Of a stretch of 64,000 nucleotides of DNA, positions 38,057-47,792 are shown piece by piece. The notes below the pieces were generated by a model. The model saw only the letters and a list, made by a program, of their open reading frames with translations, made no database searches and was not told the origin of the DNA. Numbering within the stretch: the stretch's first letter is position 1; each line of letters starts with the position of its first letter. Source of the stretch: Candidatus Levyibacteriota bacterium (GTDB taxonomy: Bacteria; Patescibacteriota; Microgenomatia; Levybacterales; UBA12049); NCBI GenBank assembly GCA_003173895.1, contig PJMG01000006.1, positions 2,820 to 66,819 of the forward strand, in the 5' to 3' direction. Both the position numbers and the translations under genes were made by a program.

Positions 38057-38605
38057 ATGCCAGAGGAAACCATTTCTACTTCAGAACAAAAAACTTATGG
38101 TTATGGAAAAAGACCTCTTTGGCAATGGATTCTTCTTTATGTGGTTATAGGAGCTATTATTTATGGAATTATTTATTATTTTGTTTTCTATAAAAAAGGT
38201 GGTTATAACTATACTTCTGGAAATTCTTATCAATACCCTACTACAGCAGCTCAGCAAGTTACTACGACTCAAACACCAACTGTTTCCATCAGTCCAAGTA
38301 CATCCACTGCTCCCAGTGGAACTATGATAGCCGAAAAAATTACAGTAACAGGAACTGAATTTGCATTTAATCCTTCTACTATAAATGCTAAAGTAAATGA
38401 ACCTATCACAGTTACATTTAAAAATGATGGAACTTATCCACATAATTTCACTATTAGTGAATTAAATGTAAAGACTAAAACTATTCAACCAGGCGAAGAA
38501 GATACCATCACTTTTACACCTACTAAAACTGGTTCATTCATTTATCTCTGCACAGTTCCCGGACATGCTGATCGTGGCATGAAAGGAACATTAATCGTTC
38601 AATAA
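38057..38605 (+). CDS. membrane-anchored cupredoxin (blue copper protein, plastocyanin/azurin-like)
   Basis: N-terminal TM segment and a Thr-rich linker. Type-1 Cu ligands: H in YPHNFTI, then C-TVPG-H-ADRG-M (CxxxHxxxxM). Confidence 0.7.
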   Translation: MPEETISTSEQKTYGYGKRPLWQWILLYVVIGAIIYGIIYYFVFYKKGGYNYTSGNSYQYPTTAAQQVTTTQTPTVSISPSTSTAPSGTMIAEKITVTGTEFAFNPSTINAKVNEPITVTFKNDGTYPHNFTISELNVKTKTIQPGEEDTITFTPTKTGSFIYLCTVPGHADRGMKGTLIVQ

Positions 38606-38612
38606 GTCTTCT

Positions 38613-38966
38613 ATGCAAAATGCTAGAATAGTTAATATTTTTCTTCGCTTAAGTATTAGTAGTGTATTTTTTTATGCAGCTATCGCAGCGACTCTTCAAC
38701 CATATAATTGGGTTGGATATATTCCTACTCCATTAAGTACAATTGCGCCGACAAATATTTTACTTTTAGGATTTTCTTTATATCAATTAATTCTAGCTAT
38801 TTGGATTTTAAGTGGATGGAAAACTTTTTATTCTGCTCTATTTTCCAGTCTAACTTTAATAGCAATTATCGTAGCTAATTTTTCAGACATAGATATTTTA
38901 TTTCGTGACTTTGCTATCTTCTTTTCCTCAGTAGCTTTAGCTATCGGGTCATATAAGAAAAAATAA
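38613..38966 (+). CDS. small polytopic membrane protein
   Basis: 117 aa with 3-4 TM segments. Confidence 0.4.
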   Translation: MQNARIVNIFLRLSISSVFFYAAIAATLQPYNWVGYIPTPLSTIAPTNILLLGFSLYQLILAIWILSGWKTFYSALFSSLTLIAIIVANFSDIDILFRDFAIFFSSVALAIGSYKKK

Positions 38967-38974
38967 AGTAACTT

Positions 38975-40000
38975 TTAATTATTCCTTTTAGGTTTACGTC
39001 TACCACCCCATTCATCATTTAAATCTTTACTAAAAGTATTTCTTTTTGGTAATAATTTCTTAGACAGAATATTTTCTCTATCTGGAATATAATCACTATT
39101 AATACTTAAACTTTTTAAAAAATTCCAATAGTCATTAGTTAATTCCTCAGGTTGAAGTTTTAAAGTAGAGTTGAAATATTCTTCGCTATTAGGGTCTGAT
39201 TTTTTTTTAAGTCTTATTAGAAAAGCTGGATATTCTTTTTCTTCTAGAACATATTCCACTTCTAAATTTTGTTTAACTCGATCATTTATCGTAATTAATT
39301 CTCTTAAGAAATCTAGTCTTTTTTTAATTTGCCTAAAAGATACCTCTGAATCATTATCTTTAAGCTTCATTGTTAAAAGCACCAATTCATCTATAAAACA
39401 AGCACTCCAAATTAAAGGATTTTCTGTCATTGCTTCATAATTTTCTATTAATTTTAGAATATAATTTAGATTTTGGGTGTCTAAAAATAAATCTGATATA
39501 TGAGTTCCTATGTGAAGAGTACCCCATATGCCTTCTTGAACTTTAAGTTCTATTATTATCCTATTGTGAGAATAATTATCTATAAAACCCTTATAAGGCT
39601 CTCTAAATGACGTCCTTATTCCTGGCAGAGAAGGTGGATTATTCTCCTGCCTTTCATTAAGTATCTCCAAAGCTAACAATCTCTTCCATAGATTTCTTTG
39701 ACGATCTCCTTTTAATCCAACGTTAGATAAAAGATCTATGGCCCTCGCTTGCACTATCCATCCTAATCTTCTGGTTCTTTCTAATTCTGTTTCTTCATCT
39801 ATTTTTATTGTTAAATCATCTACTTGTTCACTAAAATTTAGTAGTTTTTTTAATAGCTCTTTTTGGATATCTGGGTTTAATTCATTAGTGATTTCTTTTG
39901 TTTGTTCATATGTATGATACGTTATATATTGTAGATATGCTGGTCTGTTATCGCGAGAAACATTAATGTTGTTTAATTTTGGAAATGTATCTTCTATCAT
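38975..40000 (-). CDS. hypothetical protein
   Basis: 341 aa, hydrophilic, no motif I recognise. Confidence 0.4.
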   Translation of the reverse strand: MIEDTFPKLNNINVSRDNRPAYLQYITYHTYEQTKEITNELNPDIQKELLKKLLNFSEQVDDLTIKIDEETELERTRRLGWIVQARAIDLLSNVGLKGDRQRNLWKRLLALEILNERQENNPPSLPGIRTSFREPYKGFIDNYSHNRIIIELKVQEGIWGTLHIGTHISDLFLDTQNLNYILKLIENYEAMTENPLIWSACFIDELVLLTMKLKDNDSEVSFRQIKKRLDFLRELITINDRVKQNLEVEYVLEEKEYPAFLIRLKKKSDPNSEEYFNSTLKLQPEELTNDYWNFLKSLSINSDYIPDRENILSKKLLPKRNTFSKDLNDEWGGRRKPKRNN

Positions 40001-40115
40001 AGTTCCGTATTTTACTAAAACTTAAGTTCAATTACAATTTAACTTTTATATTAATTCTCTGTTAAAAAAAAGCCGAGTTTCCTCGACTTTTTTATTTTGA
40101 ATTTTGAAGAAATAT

Positions 40116-40670
40116 TTATTTTCCTTCAACCACTTTAGCCATTTTATCTAGAGATGTAGCCCAACCTTCTCTCATTCCACTCTTTATCATTCCTTCATAC
40201 ATCTGATCATTTTCTGCTGTGTAAATGATAGAAAGTTTAGTCTTTACTTGCCCTTTCGAAGCCATAGGCGAAGTAGGGCCATCTTCCTCAAAATCCTCAA
40301 ACTTTACTAGAACAGTCATTTCTTTTGGCATATCAGGACCTTGTCCTTCTTCTGTAGGATCTATCATGTTACCTTCAGAATCTGAGAAATAATCAGTCAC
40401 GACTAATTTTTCATTTGGAACTATTTCCTTATATATACCAGCACTATACATGTCTTTATCCCACTCTGATCCAGCAGGTCCATGCATAGCGTAAATGTAT
40501 TTACCACCGACTCTAAAATCAACTTTTACAGATGGTGCGTAAAATCCTTCTGGTCCCCACCACTCTTTTACCATTTCAGGATCTGTCCATGCTTTCCAAA
40601 CCATTTCTCTTGGTGCGTTAAAAATGCGTTCAATTATTATTTGTTTTTTCTCATCCATTTTATCTCTCAC
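40116..40670 (-). CDS. SRPBCC-superfamily protein, Aha1 (AHSA1)-domain-like
   Basis: IIIERIFNAPREMVWKAWTDPEMVKEWWGP is the AHSA1 / activator-of-Hsp90-ATPase homologue pattern. It is cotranscribed with an ArsR regulator, the usual arrangement. Confidence 0.75.
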   Translation of the reverse strand: MRDKMDEKKQIIIERIFNAPREMVWKAWTDPEMVKEWWGPEGFYAPSVKVDFRVGGKYIYAMHGPAGSEWDKDMYSAGIYKEIVPNEKLVVTDYFSDSEGNMIDPTEEGQGPDMPKEMTVLVKFEDFEEDGPTSPMASKGQVKTKLSIIYTAENDQMYEGMIKSGMREGWATSLDKMAKVVEGK

Positions 40671-40682
40671 CCCCTCTCAAAC

Positions 40683-40727
40683 GTCATCCTGAGTTTCAAC
40701 GAAGGATCTATATTTTCAGAATGACAA
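40683..40727. repeat. family-1 repeat (GTCATCCTGAGTTTCAACGAAGGATC ... CAGAATGACAA)
   Basis: Sits exactly between the ArsR stop and the AHSA1 start. Confidence 0.55.
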
Positions 40728-41087
40728 TTATTTATCTCGTTTGGTTTTTTCTAACATTTTTTCTAATCTCTCTAATCTATCTTCCCAAAGGTTTCTATAT
40801 TTCTCAAGCCAAGCATCCAAATCTTTAAAAACTTTAGGTGAAAGATTATAAATTCTTTTATTTTTTATAGGTTTTACTTCTACTATTCCTGCATCTGCGA
40901 GAATTTTTAGATGTTTAGAAGTCTGTGGTTGGTTAAGTTTTAATTTTTCTGCTATTTGATTTACTGTGTATGGATTTTTACTAAGAAGTTCAACTATGTT
41001 TAATCTATTCGGCTCCCCAAGTGTATTAAATATAGCAGGATTAATGGTCATAATTAATATATACCATATTAGGAATATTCCTGTCAA
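40728..41087 (-). CDS. ArsR/SmtB-family transcriptional regulator
   Basis: HTH NRLNIVELLSKNPYTVNQIAEKLKLNQPQTSKHLKILADAGIV. Confidence 0.75.
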   Translation of the reverse strand: MTGIFLIWYILIMTINPAIFNTLGEPNRLNIVELLSKNPYTVNQIAEKLKLNQPQTSKHLKILADAGIVEVKPIKNKRIYNLSPKVFKDLDAWLEKYRNLWEDRLERLEKMLEKTKRDK

Positions 41088-41093
41088 GGAATA

Positions 41094-41957
41094 TTATCGT
41101 TTGTTTTGAGATTTTTGTAGTATTAAACGAAGAATTAATCCTGAAATATATAAAAAAGCTTCTGTGTCTTCAATGCTTGGAATAAAATTATCGTTATTAC
41201 CAGCATGCCTTCCAAATTCTTTACTAAGTTCTTTATATGAGTTAAATATTTTTTTCCACTCTTTATCTAAACCTAAAGTATCTACTAATTGATTAAAATT
41301 ATTGTCAAAAGATCCCTTAAAAGAATTTAAGTATTCCTGAGTAAGCTTCTCTACTGATTGAAAAGCATTACTAATAGTATCCTTTCTTTTAATTGCGTTT
41401 TGTAGAGACTGAGAATAGTTATCTAAAGCATTCTTATATAGAATTTGAATTTTTTTATTATTCTCTAACCATTTTAAAACATCTTCAATTAATTTTTCAT
41501 CAAATTCTTCTACTCCCTCTGGATAGAATTTCCCATTTCTCCATGTCACACCTAATGATAGTGGTTGATTTAAAGCTAATTGAATAACAGATTCAATATT
41601 TTGAAGCCAACTACCTTTTTCATATTCATTTGAATTATAGAAATAATCGTAAATAACTTCAATTAAAAGTAATGTGTTTTCAAAATTACCTTCTGTAAAA
41701 ATAGCATATGAAGGCATATAAATCTCAAAATTATAAGAACCCCTATTTTTATTTCTAATAATTTCAGTTGGATTATAGTTAAATTCTATAGCAATAAAAT
41801 CAAACATGTTTTTACTATACTCTGTATAATATGGACCATCTTTTTTATCTAAAGGTTCTATTAAGTAATGTTGTACAATATTTATAAAATTAATTTTAAG
41901 TTCTTTTATATTAATTTCTTGACCAAATCTTTTTTTAAAATCAAAAATTTTTCTCAT
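41094..41957 (-). CDS. hypothetical protein
   Basis: 287 aa, no motif I recognise. Confidence 0.4.
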   Translation of the reverse strand: MRKIFDFKKRFGQEINIKELKINFINIVQHYLIEPLDKKDGPYYTEYSKNMFDFIAIEFNYNPTEIIRNKNRGSYNFEIYMPSYAIFTEGNFENTLLLIEVIYDYFYNSNEYEKGSWLQNIESVIQLALNQPLSLGVTWRNGKFYPEGVEEFDEKLIEDVLKWLENNKKIQILYKNALDNYSQSLQNAIKRKDTISNAFQSVEKLTQEYLNSFKGSFDNNFNQLVDTLGLDKEWKKIFNSYKELSKEFGRHAGNNDNFIPSIEDTEAFLYISGLILRLILQKSQNKR

Positions 41958-42001
41958 AGCAAAAGTATTATAATCTTAAATTAAGATATTATCATTATTA
42001 A

Positions 42002-42028
42002 AAAACTGCCAGCAAAGCCAGCAGTTTT
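42002..42028. terminator. bidirectional intrinsic terminator-like hairpin
   Basis: aaaactgc cagcaaagcca gcagtttt: an 8-bp stem flanked by an A-run and a T-run, between two minus-strand genes. Confidence 0.4.
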
Positions 42029-42050
42029 AATATTAAGAACGAGATCCTTC

Positions 42051-42118
42051 GACTCCTTAGGTTTCACTCAGGATAAGTTCGCTCGGGATGACAATTTTGA
42101 ACAAGACAGAATGACAAT
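42051..42118. repeat. family-1 repeat cluster (three units)
   Basis: gatccttcgactccttaggtttcactcaggataag; ttcgctcgggatgacaa; cagaatgacaa. Confidence 0.55.
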
Positions 42119-42463
42119 TTATTGTTTAATCATTCCATTCATATCCCACATTTCATGAACATCGATTTCTCCACCTGGTCTATCTAAATGTGGATTATCT
42201 TTTAAGAGATTAACTGCAGTATCAATATCTTCTGCTTGGACGATATCATAGGCCACTAGTGATGCATCTCCTGGCATAACATCACTTTTAGTTAATTTCA
42301 TCGCGTGTGTCACAGGACTTCCTTTATCCACTACAGCATCCCCTACCTTAGCGAACCAATCCATCCATGGCTTCATACCAGCTTGCATTTGTTCTGGTGT
42401 AGCACTTTGCATTTTTTCTCGCTCTTCAGCTGTGGCAAAAAATAAAACTAAAAATTTTTTCAT
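42119..42463 (-). CDS. YciI-like / Dabb-fold small protein (tentative)
   Basis: 114 aa with conserved-looking H and D residues; weak. Confidence 0.3.
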   Translation of the reverse strand: MKKFLVLFFATAEEREKMQSATPEQMQAGMKPWMDWFAKVGDAVVDKGSPVTHAMKLTKSDVMPGDASLVAYDIVQAEDIDTAVNLLKDNPHLDRPGGEIDVHEMWDMNGMIKQ

Positions 42464-42545
42464 ATATAATCACCTCGAATTCCTAGATTAAAATCTATAA
42501 ATAATGAGATGCCGAATATTTTTTAGAATATTAGGCGCCTTCACT

Positions 42546-42956
42546 TTACCCTTGAGGTTTATCTGCTTGGAAACCCCAATTAAATCCATATTTATCAGTT
42601 ACCCCACCATAGAAACCAAAAAAAGTTTCTTGAAAAGGTTGAGTTATCTTTCCACCTTCGGATAATTTATTAAAGAATCCTTCTATCTCTTCTTTGGTTC
42701 CGCCACTTAAAGTAAGGGTTACATTAGTTCCCATTTGAACACTATCACCCATCATGATATCTGATGCCATAAGAACTAATCCGTTAGCTTTAAGCTCTGA
42801 GTGCATAACCCAATTTTCTTTGCCTGGCATTTGAGCCGCCATAGGAGAATCACCGACTAAAGAAATATTTAATTCTCCACCTAAGGCGGATTTATAAAAT
42901 TCCATCGCTTCTTTACAATTTCCATTAAATGAAAGATATGGAGTAAGTATCGTCAT
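42546..42956 (-). CDS. VOC-family protein (PhnB-like glyoxalase fold)
   Basis: MTILTPYLSFNGNCKEAMEFYKSALGGEL is the N-terminal pattern of PhnB / 3-demethylubiquinone-9 methyltransferase-like VOC proteins. Confidence 0.7.
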   Translation of the reverse strand: MTILTPYLSFNGNCKEAMEFYKSALGGELNISLVGDSPMAAQMPGKENWVMHSELKANGLVLMASDIMMGDSVQMGTNVTLTLSGGTKEEIEGFFNKLSEGGKITQPFQETFFGFYGGVTDKYGFNWGFQADKPQG

Positions 42957-43003
42957 AATTATTCACCTCCCTTCAAAAAAAGATTAAAAATAAATTCTAA
43001 TAA

Positions 43004-43366
43004 TTATTTCTCGCCTTCCCATGGAGTCATAAGTTGGAAATAGTTTCCGTCTGGATCTGCAAAAGTAGCTATCCACATTTTTTCTAGTTCATAAGGCTCT
43101 TTAATGACTGTAGCACCAATATTTTTTATTCTTTCAAATTCCTCCTTAACTTCTTTAGTTTCAAAATTAAATATTAAACGCTGAGGTTCTTTAGCTTTAT
43201 CTTTCACTTCTGAATGAGCACCAACGCTAAAAAAAACACTTCCTACTGACCAACCATGCCAGTCACCTTCTGCCATGTCTGCTGGCTTACCAAAAACTTT
43301 TTCATAAAAATCAGCTAAGACTTGTGGTTGAGAAGATCCAACCATGATGGAATTTAAATTTAACAT
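43004..43366 (-). CDS. VOC-family (glyoxalase/bleomycin-resistance fold) protein
   Basis: 120-aa VOC pattern, with ATFADPDGNYFQL near the C-terminus. Confidence 0.6.
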   Translation of the reverse strand: MLNLNSIMVGSSQPQVLADFYEKVFGKPADMAEGDWHGWSVGSVFFSVGAHSEVKDKAKEPQRLIFNFETKEVKEEFERIKNIGATVIKEPYELEKMWIATFADPDGNYFQLMTPWEGEK

Positions 43367-43379
43367 AACTAAAACTACT

Positions 43380-43802
43380 TTATAATAAACTAAAAACTAT
43401 CCCCATTACAAGAAGTAAAATTAGGTAATATCCAGCATTTATTAACCAGAGTCTAAAAGATTTATTACCGGCTAAAACTTCATTTAATGTAACTGGTGCT
43501 ATAAATCCTAACCAATTTACAAATCCCACCATAAGTCCCGCTGAGATACCATAAATTTTTAAATATACTGAAGCAAAAATAAGAGCATGATCTAAAATAA
43601 ATGCCATCAAGAGTGCTCCTATAAACATAAGAGTATACATTCTAGCCATCACAGATCCTGAAGCTTTAGAATTATCTGATTTTAGACTAGATAATTTAAT
43701 CCATTTTTTTCCAAAAAGAGGTCCATACCAGAGGAAACCTAAAACCATACTTAAAATAGCATTTATAAGAACTCCTAAATAATCTACAGGGACCATTACC
43801 AT
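43380..43802 (-). CDS. DUF1761-like membrane protein
   Basis: Four TM segments; N-terminal LGFLWYGPLFGKKW; tentative. Confidence 0.4.
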   Translation of the reverse strand: MVMVPVDYLGVLINAILSMVLGFLWYGPLFGKKWIKLSSLKSDNSKASGSVMARMYTLMFIGALLMAFILDHALIFASVYLKIYGISAGLMVGFVNWLGFIAPVTLNEVLAGNKSFRLWLINAGYYLILLLVMGIVFSLL

Positions 43803-43823
43803 AATTTAAATGTATAAATATTT

Positions 43824-44411
43824 TTAGACCTTGTCAATATTTGATTTGTAGTATAAAAGTATATTTCCATTTTTAAACTCGCGAGTTTTAGTAAGTTTTA
43901 AATTTAATTTTTCCTCTAATCCTTCAAATAATTTCGCTCCTTTATTAATAACTACCGGATTTATCATAATTCTAAATTCATCGATTAAGCCTAGTTTAGT
44001 TAAGGAAACTAATAATTTATTACTCCCTAAAATTGCTATGGATTTACCTTCTGTATTTTTTAGTTTTTTAATTTCTTCTTTTACATTTTCAGAAATTAGT
44101 TTCACATTTTTCCAATTTTCTGTTTCCGTTACATGACCTAGTGTACTTGAAACTACTACTTTAGGAAAAGTATTCATTAAGTGTGCAACTATGGCATCAT
44201 TAGGATCTGCAGACTCATTAGGTTGATAAGTAGGCCAAAAAGATTCCATCAGCTGATACGTGATCTTACCAAATAAAATAGTGTCTGCTTCCTTCATTTG
44301 GTCCGCAGCAAATTCGTTAAATTCAGCGTCCACATTATGCCAAGATAAATCATGATCCACTCCTTCAAAAAATCCATCTAAAGAGATCATCATGAATAAA
44401 AATATTTTCCT
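43824..44411 (-). CDS. dihydrofolate reductase-family protein (RibD C-terminal domain); the start is probably an internal Met
   Basis: MRKIFLFMMISLDGFFEG...AILGSNKLLVSLTKLGLIDEFRIMINPVVINKGAKLF is the RibD_C pattern. The tracked ORF extends to 44492 but likely starts at 44411. Confidence 0.65.
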   Translation of the reverse strand, partial: RKIFLFMMISLDGFFEGVDHDLSWHNVDAEFNEFAADQMKEADTILFGKITYQLMESFWPTYQPNESADPNDAIVAHLMNTFPKVVVSSTLGHVTETENWKNVKLISENVKEEIKKLKNTEGKSIAILGSNKLLVSLTKLGLIDEFRIMINPVVINKGAKLFEGLEEKLNLKLTKTREFKNGNILLYYKSNIDKV

Positions 44412-44577
44412 CATAAAACTAATATAGCAAAATATAAATGTCTTTGCGAACAAGTTTCTAAACTGGTGAAGCAATCTTATCGAGATCGCCACGTCGTAAA
44501 CTCCTCGCGAAGACGTAATAAATCTTTCAATTTTTAACTATTGCTACTTGAATACTTTAGGCCTATAATCGCTTATT

Positions 44578-44796
44578 ATGGATCCAGAAACCTTTGCTCA
44601 AATTCTGACAACAATTACAGAAGTTGATGAACCTCCATTCGCAGAGACTAATGTACGAAGAGCGTTACGAATATTACAAATTAGAACTGCTTGGTTAGAA
44701 TTTATGGCTAATATTTTTAATAGATTTGATAGTTTTAATCAAATTCAAACTCCTAATCTTTTTATGCAACTCCCTCCTCCCGAAGAACCAAAGTAA
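44578..44796 (+). CDS. hypothetical small protein
   Basis: 72 aa, no motif I recognise. Confidence 0.3.
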   Translation: MDPETFAQILTTITEVDEPPFAETNVRRALRILQIRTAWLEFMANIFNRFDSFNQIQTPNLFMQLPPPEEPK

Positions 44797-44837
44797 ATTA
44801 ACTTGACTCTAATTTTATCGATTGTTATATTTAAACT

Positions 44838-45263
44838 ATGGCAGAAGAAGAATATTTAAGCTCCCCTCATCCCCTAGCGGATTTTATGGCTTCAAATATC
44901 ATGAATAAAATGAGACAAAGAGTCTCTACTCCAGAGGGGCAATCTTACACTCTAAATTATGCAGTTTACGATGCTTTAGATCATGCCGTTTGGGCAACTG
45001 ATTCTAAACGTTTTGCTGGAGATCTTATAGAAGAATTAAAGTTAACACCAGATCAAATAACTCAGGGTGGACTTACTTTAAGACTAGAGGATTTTAAGAG
45101 TTGGAAAGATTATTATAGAGAAATGAGTTTTATTATTTTATCTCATCATATAATAACAAATGCTAATCCAGCTGATAAAGCTCTTATTGAAGAAAGATTT
45201 AAGAAAGAATGGGAAATAATGCGCGGTAATTTTCCACTAGACCCTAGAAGAACTTCTAAATAA
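44838..45263 (+). CDS. hypothetical protein
   Basis: 141 aa, hydrophilic. Confidence 0.35.
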   Translation: MAEEEYLSSPHPLADFMASNIMNKMRQRVSTPEGQSYTLNYAVYDALDHAVWATDSKRFAGDLIEELKLTPDQITQGGLTLRLEDFKSWKDYYREMSFIILSHHIITNANPADKALIEERFKKEWEIMRGNFPLDPRRTSK

Positions 45264-45282
45264 ATATTTATTAATTTGGATC

Positions 45283-45873
45283 TTATTTTAGTATTAATAA
45301 AACAAGGGCTAATACTGCCATACCAAAATCTTCCATTAAAGTAACATAAGTTAGTGGAACTTTTAAAAATGTACCTAAACATGCACATGTAAATTTTTCA
45401 TGTTTTAGAAGTTTTATTAAAACCCCTACTCCGCTAAATATCATGATAATTATTTCCAAAAATAATATTAATTTAATTTGAAAGTTTAATATCATAGTTA
45501 GTGCGAAAAATAATTCGATAAAAGGATATATATAACCATAAGAGTAGATTTTTTGAGCTAAGAGATCATAGGTAGAATAACCTTCAGCAAAACCTGCTAG
45601 ATCTATAAGTTTAAACCCTGAGAAAACTAAGAAAAACCCTATCATAAATGTAGAAATAAAATATTTTAAAGAAAATCCCGCAGCATAAGAAATAGTTAAA
45701 GAAGTCAAAGTAATTAAAGAAATAATTATAATTAAAGGCTTATAATTTTTATTTTTATTTTGTTTTTTACTAGATAAGGACTCTTTCAAAACTAACTTCA
45801 TACCACATTTAGGACACTTACCCGGATTTTTGCTTTCAATTTCCGGATGCATAGGGCATGTATAAATAGGCAT
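45283..45873 (-). CDS. heavy-metal-binding domain (HMBD) fused to a MauE/DoxX-like membrane domain
   Basis: N-terminal YTCPMHPEIESKNPGKCPKCGMKL (the YxCPMHPxV...CPxCGM pattern), then four TM segments. Confidence 0.6.
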   Translation of the reverse strand: MPIYTCPMHPEIESKNPGKCPKCGMKLVLKESLSSKKQNKNKNYKPLIIIISLITLTSLTISYAAGFSLKYFISTFMIGFFLVFSGFKLIDLAGFAEGYSTYDLLAQKIYSYGYIYPFIELFFALTMILNFQIKLILFLEIIIMIFSGVGVLIKLLKHEKFTCACLGTFLKVPLTYVTLMEDFGMAVLALVLLILK

Positions 45874-45942
45874 AATATTATCATAACATATGAGTCAAAC
45901 TAGATATTTACAATCTATAAAATTTTCTGCGATACTAATTCT

Positions 45943-46536
45943 ATGCACAGAAGAAAATTAAATACTTCTTCAAACACTTTTCTAAAACCTTTTTGGATTA
46001 CTTTAGGCGTTATTATTCTTTTAATTATTTTTTTTATCTTAGGATATCATTTTAGTCGGAAACCATCTTCTACTTCATCTCAAATGTTTGCTGCGCCAAC
46101 TAACACTTATTTATTTGATATAGGAAATAAAAAAATTACGCTAAATAACCATTTATTAGCTTTTAAAAATAGTTCATATAAAGCCAGTCATGGATCTGAA
46201 GTAGCTACTATAACTAACTTAACTATTAATCCCTCAGGAACTAGAGCTACAGCTATATTAATAGATAGCCCTGGAGGAACAGGAACATTTTATTATCTAA
46301 TAGGTGGAGTGTTAAAAAATGGTCAGGAAATATATTCTAAGCCTGTGCTTTTAGGAGATAGAATTAAAATAAAATCACTAAGTGTATATGAACCACAGGC
46401 TCATGATAATGGAATAATTACTGTTCAATATTTAGACAGACCAGCGAGTGCACCTATGCTAACTATGCCTACAATACAAATATTAAAACAATTTGCCTTT
46501 GAGGACAATGGAAATTTAATAGAAGTACTTCATTAA
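45943..46536 (+). CDS. membrane-anchored hypothetical protein
   Basis: N-terminal TM segment with a periplasmic-type domain. Confidence 0.35.
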   Translation: MHRRKLNTSSNTFLKPFWITLGVIILLIIFFILGYHFSRKPSSTSSQMFAAPTNTYLFDIGNKKITLNNHLLAFKNSSYKASHGSEVATITNLTINPSGTRATAILIDSPGGTGTFYYLIGGVLKNGQEIYSKPVLLGDRIKIKSLSVYEPQAHDNGIITVQYLDRPASAPMLTMPTIQILKQFAFEDNGNLIEVLH

Positions 46537-46541
46537 ATACT

Positions 46542-47711
46542 ATGATGGGTGAAATTATAGAAAGAATCAAAAAGTATAAAATAATTATAATCGTTCTTAT
46601 CATTTTAGTATTAGTAATTATCTTTAATTTACTTCTAAATTCGTCTTCTACCAATACTATTTACACAGTTAAGCGAGAAAATTTAGTAAATACAGTACTC
46701 ATAAATGGCACTTACACTATAGCTTCTCAAACTTCTGTAAACTCTCCCACTAATGGCGTTATTACTAAATTATATGTTAAAAATGGAACTGAAGTTAAAA
46801 AAGGCGATCCACTTTTTTATGTAAATAGCAGCGCCACTGCGGATCAAATAAAAACAGCCTATGCTAACTATTTAGCAGCAAATAGTCAACTACAAGCAGA
46901 TAATGCTATGTTATATTCTTTACAATCTACTATGTATTCTGCATGGCAGGCCTACATTAATCAAGCTACTAATGCTACTTATCAGAACAATGATGGTAGT
47001 CCTAATAGTACTAACAGGATACAGACTACTTTTACTGTTCCACAGTCTGCATGGTTAGCTGCTGAGGCGAACTACAAAAACCAACAGGTTGTGATTAATA
47101 AAGATCAAGCTGCTCTTTCAAGTGCTTTACAAGCATATAACGAAACTCAAAGTGTAACTGTTACTGCTCCTGCTGCAGGCCAAATAGTTAATTTATCAGC
47201 TGCTCTTAATGATCAAGTATCTGCAGTTTCTTCACAAACTTCTCCTTCAAACAATACTACAATTTCCCCAGTTTTAATAATTGCTGATTTTAGTAATCCA
47301 GTTATAATTTCCTCTGTCGATCAAGTTAATATTCCGCGTCTTAAAATAGGTCAAAAAGCTAGCATAGTTTTTGATGCTTTACCTAATCAAACTTTTACAG
47401 GATCAGTTTCAAGTATTGATACTGCTGGTACTAAAGTACAAGGAACTGTAGATTTTAATGTAAATATTACAGTTAATAATGTCACTTCAATGATTCGACC
47501 TAATATGACTACCTCGGTGACTATAGAGACCGGTCGAGCTGATAATGTTTTAACTATTCCTAATGATGCTATTATTTCTAAAAATGGGAAAACTTATGTG
47601 GAGCTAGAAAATAAAAATCTTTCAGAAGTTACACTCGGGCTTAAAGGACTTACTAAAACAGAAGTTATTAATGGATTATCATCAGGAGATAGAATCATTG
47701 AACAACAATAA
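46542..47711 (+). CDS. HlyD-family efflux periplasmic adaptor subunit (MacA-like)
   Basis: N-terminal TM segment, biotinyl-lipoyl-like VITKLYVKNGTEVKKGDPLF, a coiled-coil hairpin, and a C-terminal beta-barrel. Confidence 0.7.
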   Translation: MMGEIIERIKKYKIIIIVLIILVLVIIFNLLLNSSSTNTIYTVKRENLVNTVLINGTYTIASQTSVNSPTNGVITKLYVKNGTEVKKGDPLFYVNSSATADQIKTAYANYLAANSQLQADNAMLYSLQSTMYSAWQAYINQATNATYQNNDGSPNSTNRIQTTFTVPQSAWLAAEANYKNQQVVINKDQAALSSALQAYNETQSVTVTAPAAGQIVNLSAALNDQVSAVSSQTSPSNNTTISPVLIIADFSNPVIISSVDQVNIPRLKIGQKASIVFDALPNQTFTGSVSSIDTAGTKVQGTVDFNVNITVNNVTSMIRPNMTTSVTIETGRADNVLTIPNDAIISKNGKTYVELENKNLSEVTLGLKGLTKTEVINGLSSGDRIIEQQ

Positions 47712-47792
47712 GATTAGTTAACAGTGATTTCTGAAATGAATAAAAAAACACATTCTGCGAACTTAAAAAGAGAAATATAAAATTAATAATTT

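Noticed and set aside
43824-44492. Full 222-aa ORF as the dihydrofolate-reductase-family protein
   Set aside because: The first 27 residues (MAISIRLLHQFRNLF...) precede the conserved N-terminal beta-strand (MRKIFLF). The internal Met at 44411 is the more likely start.
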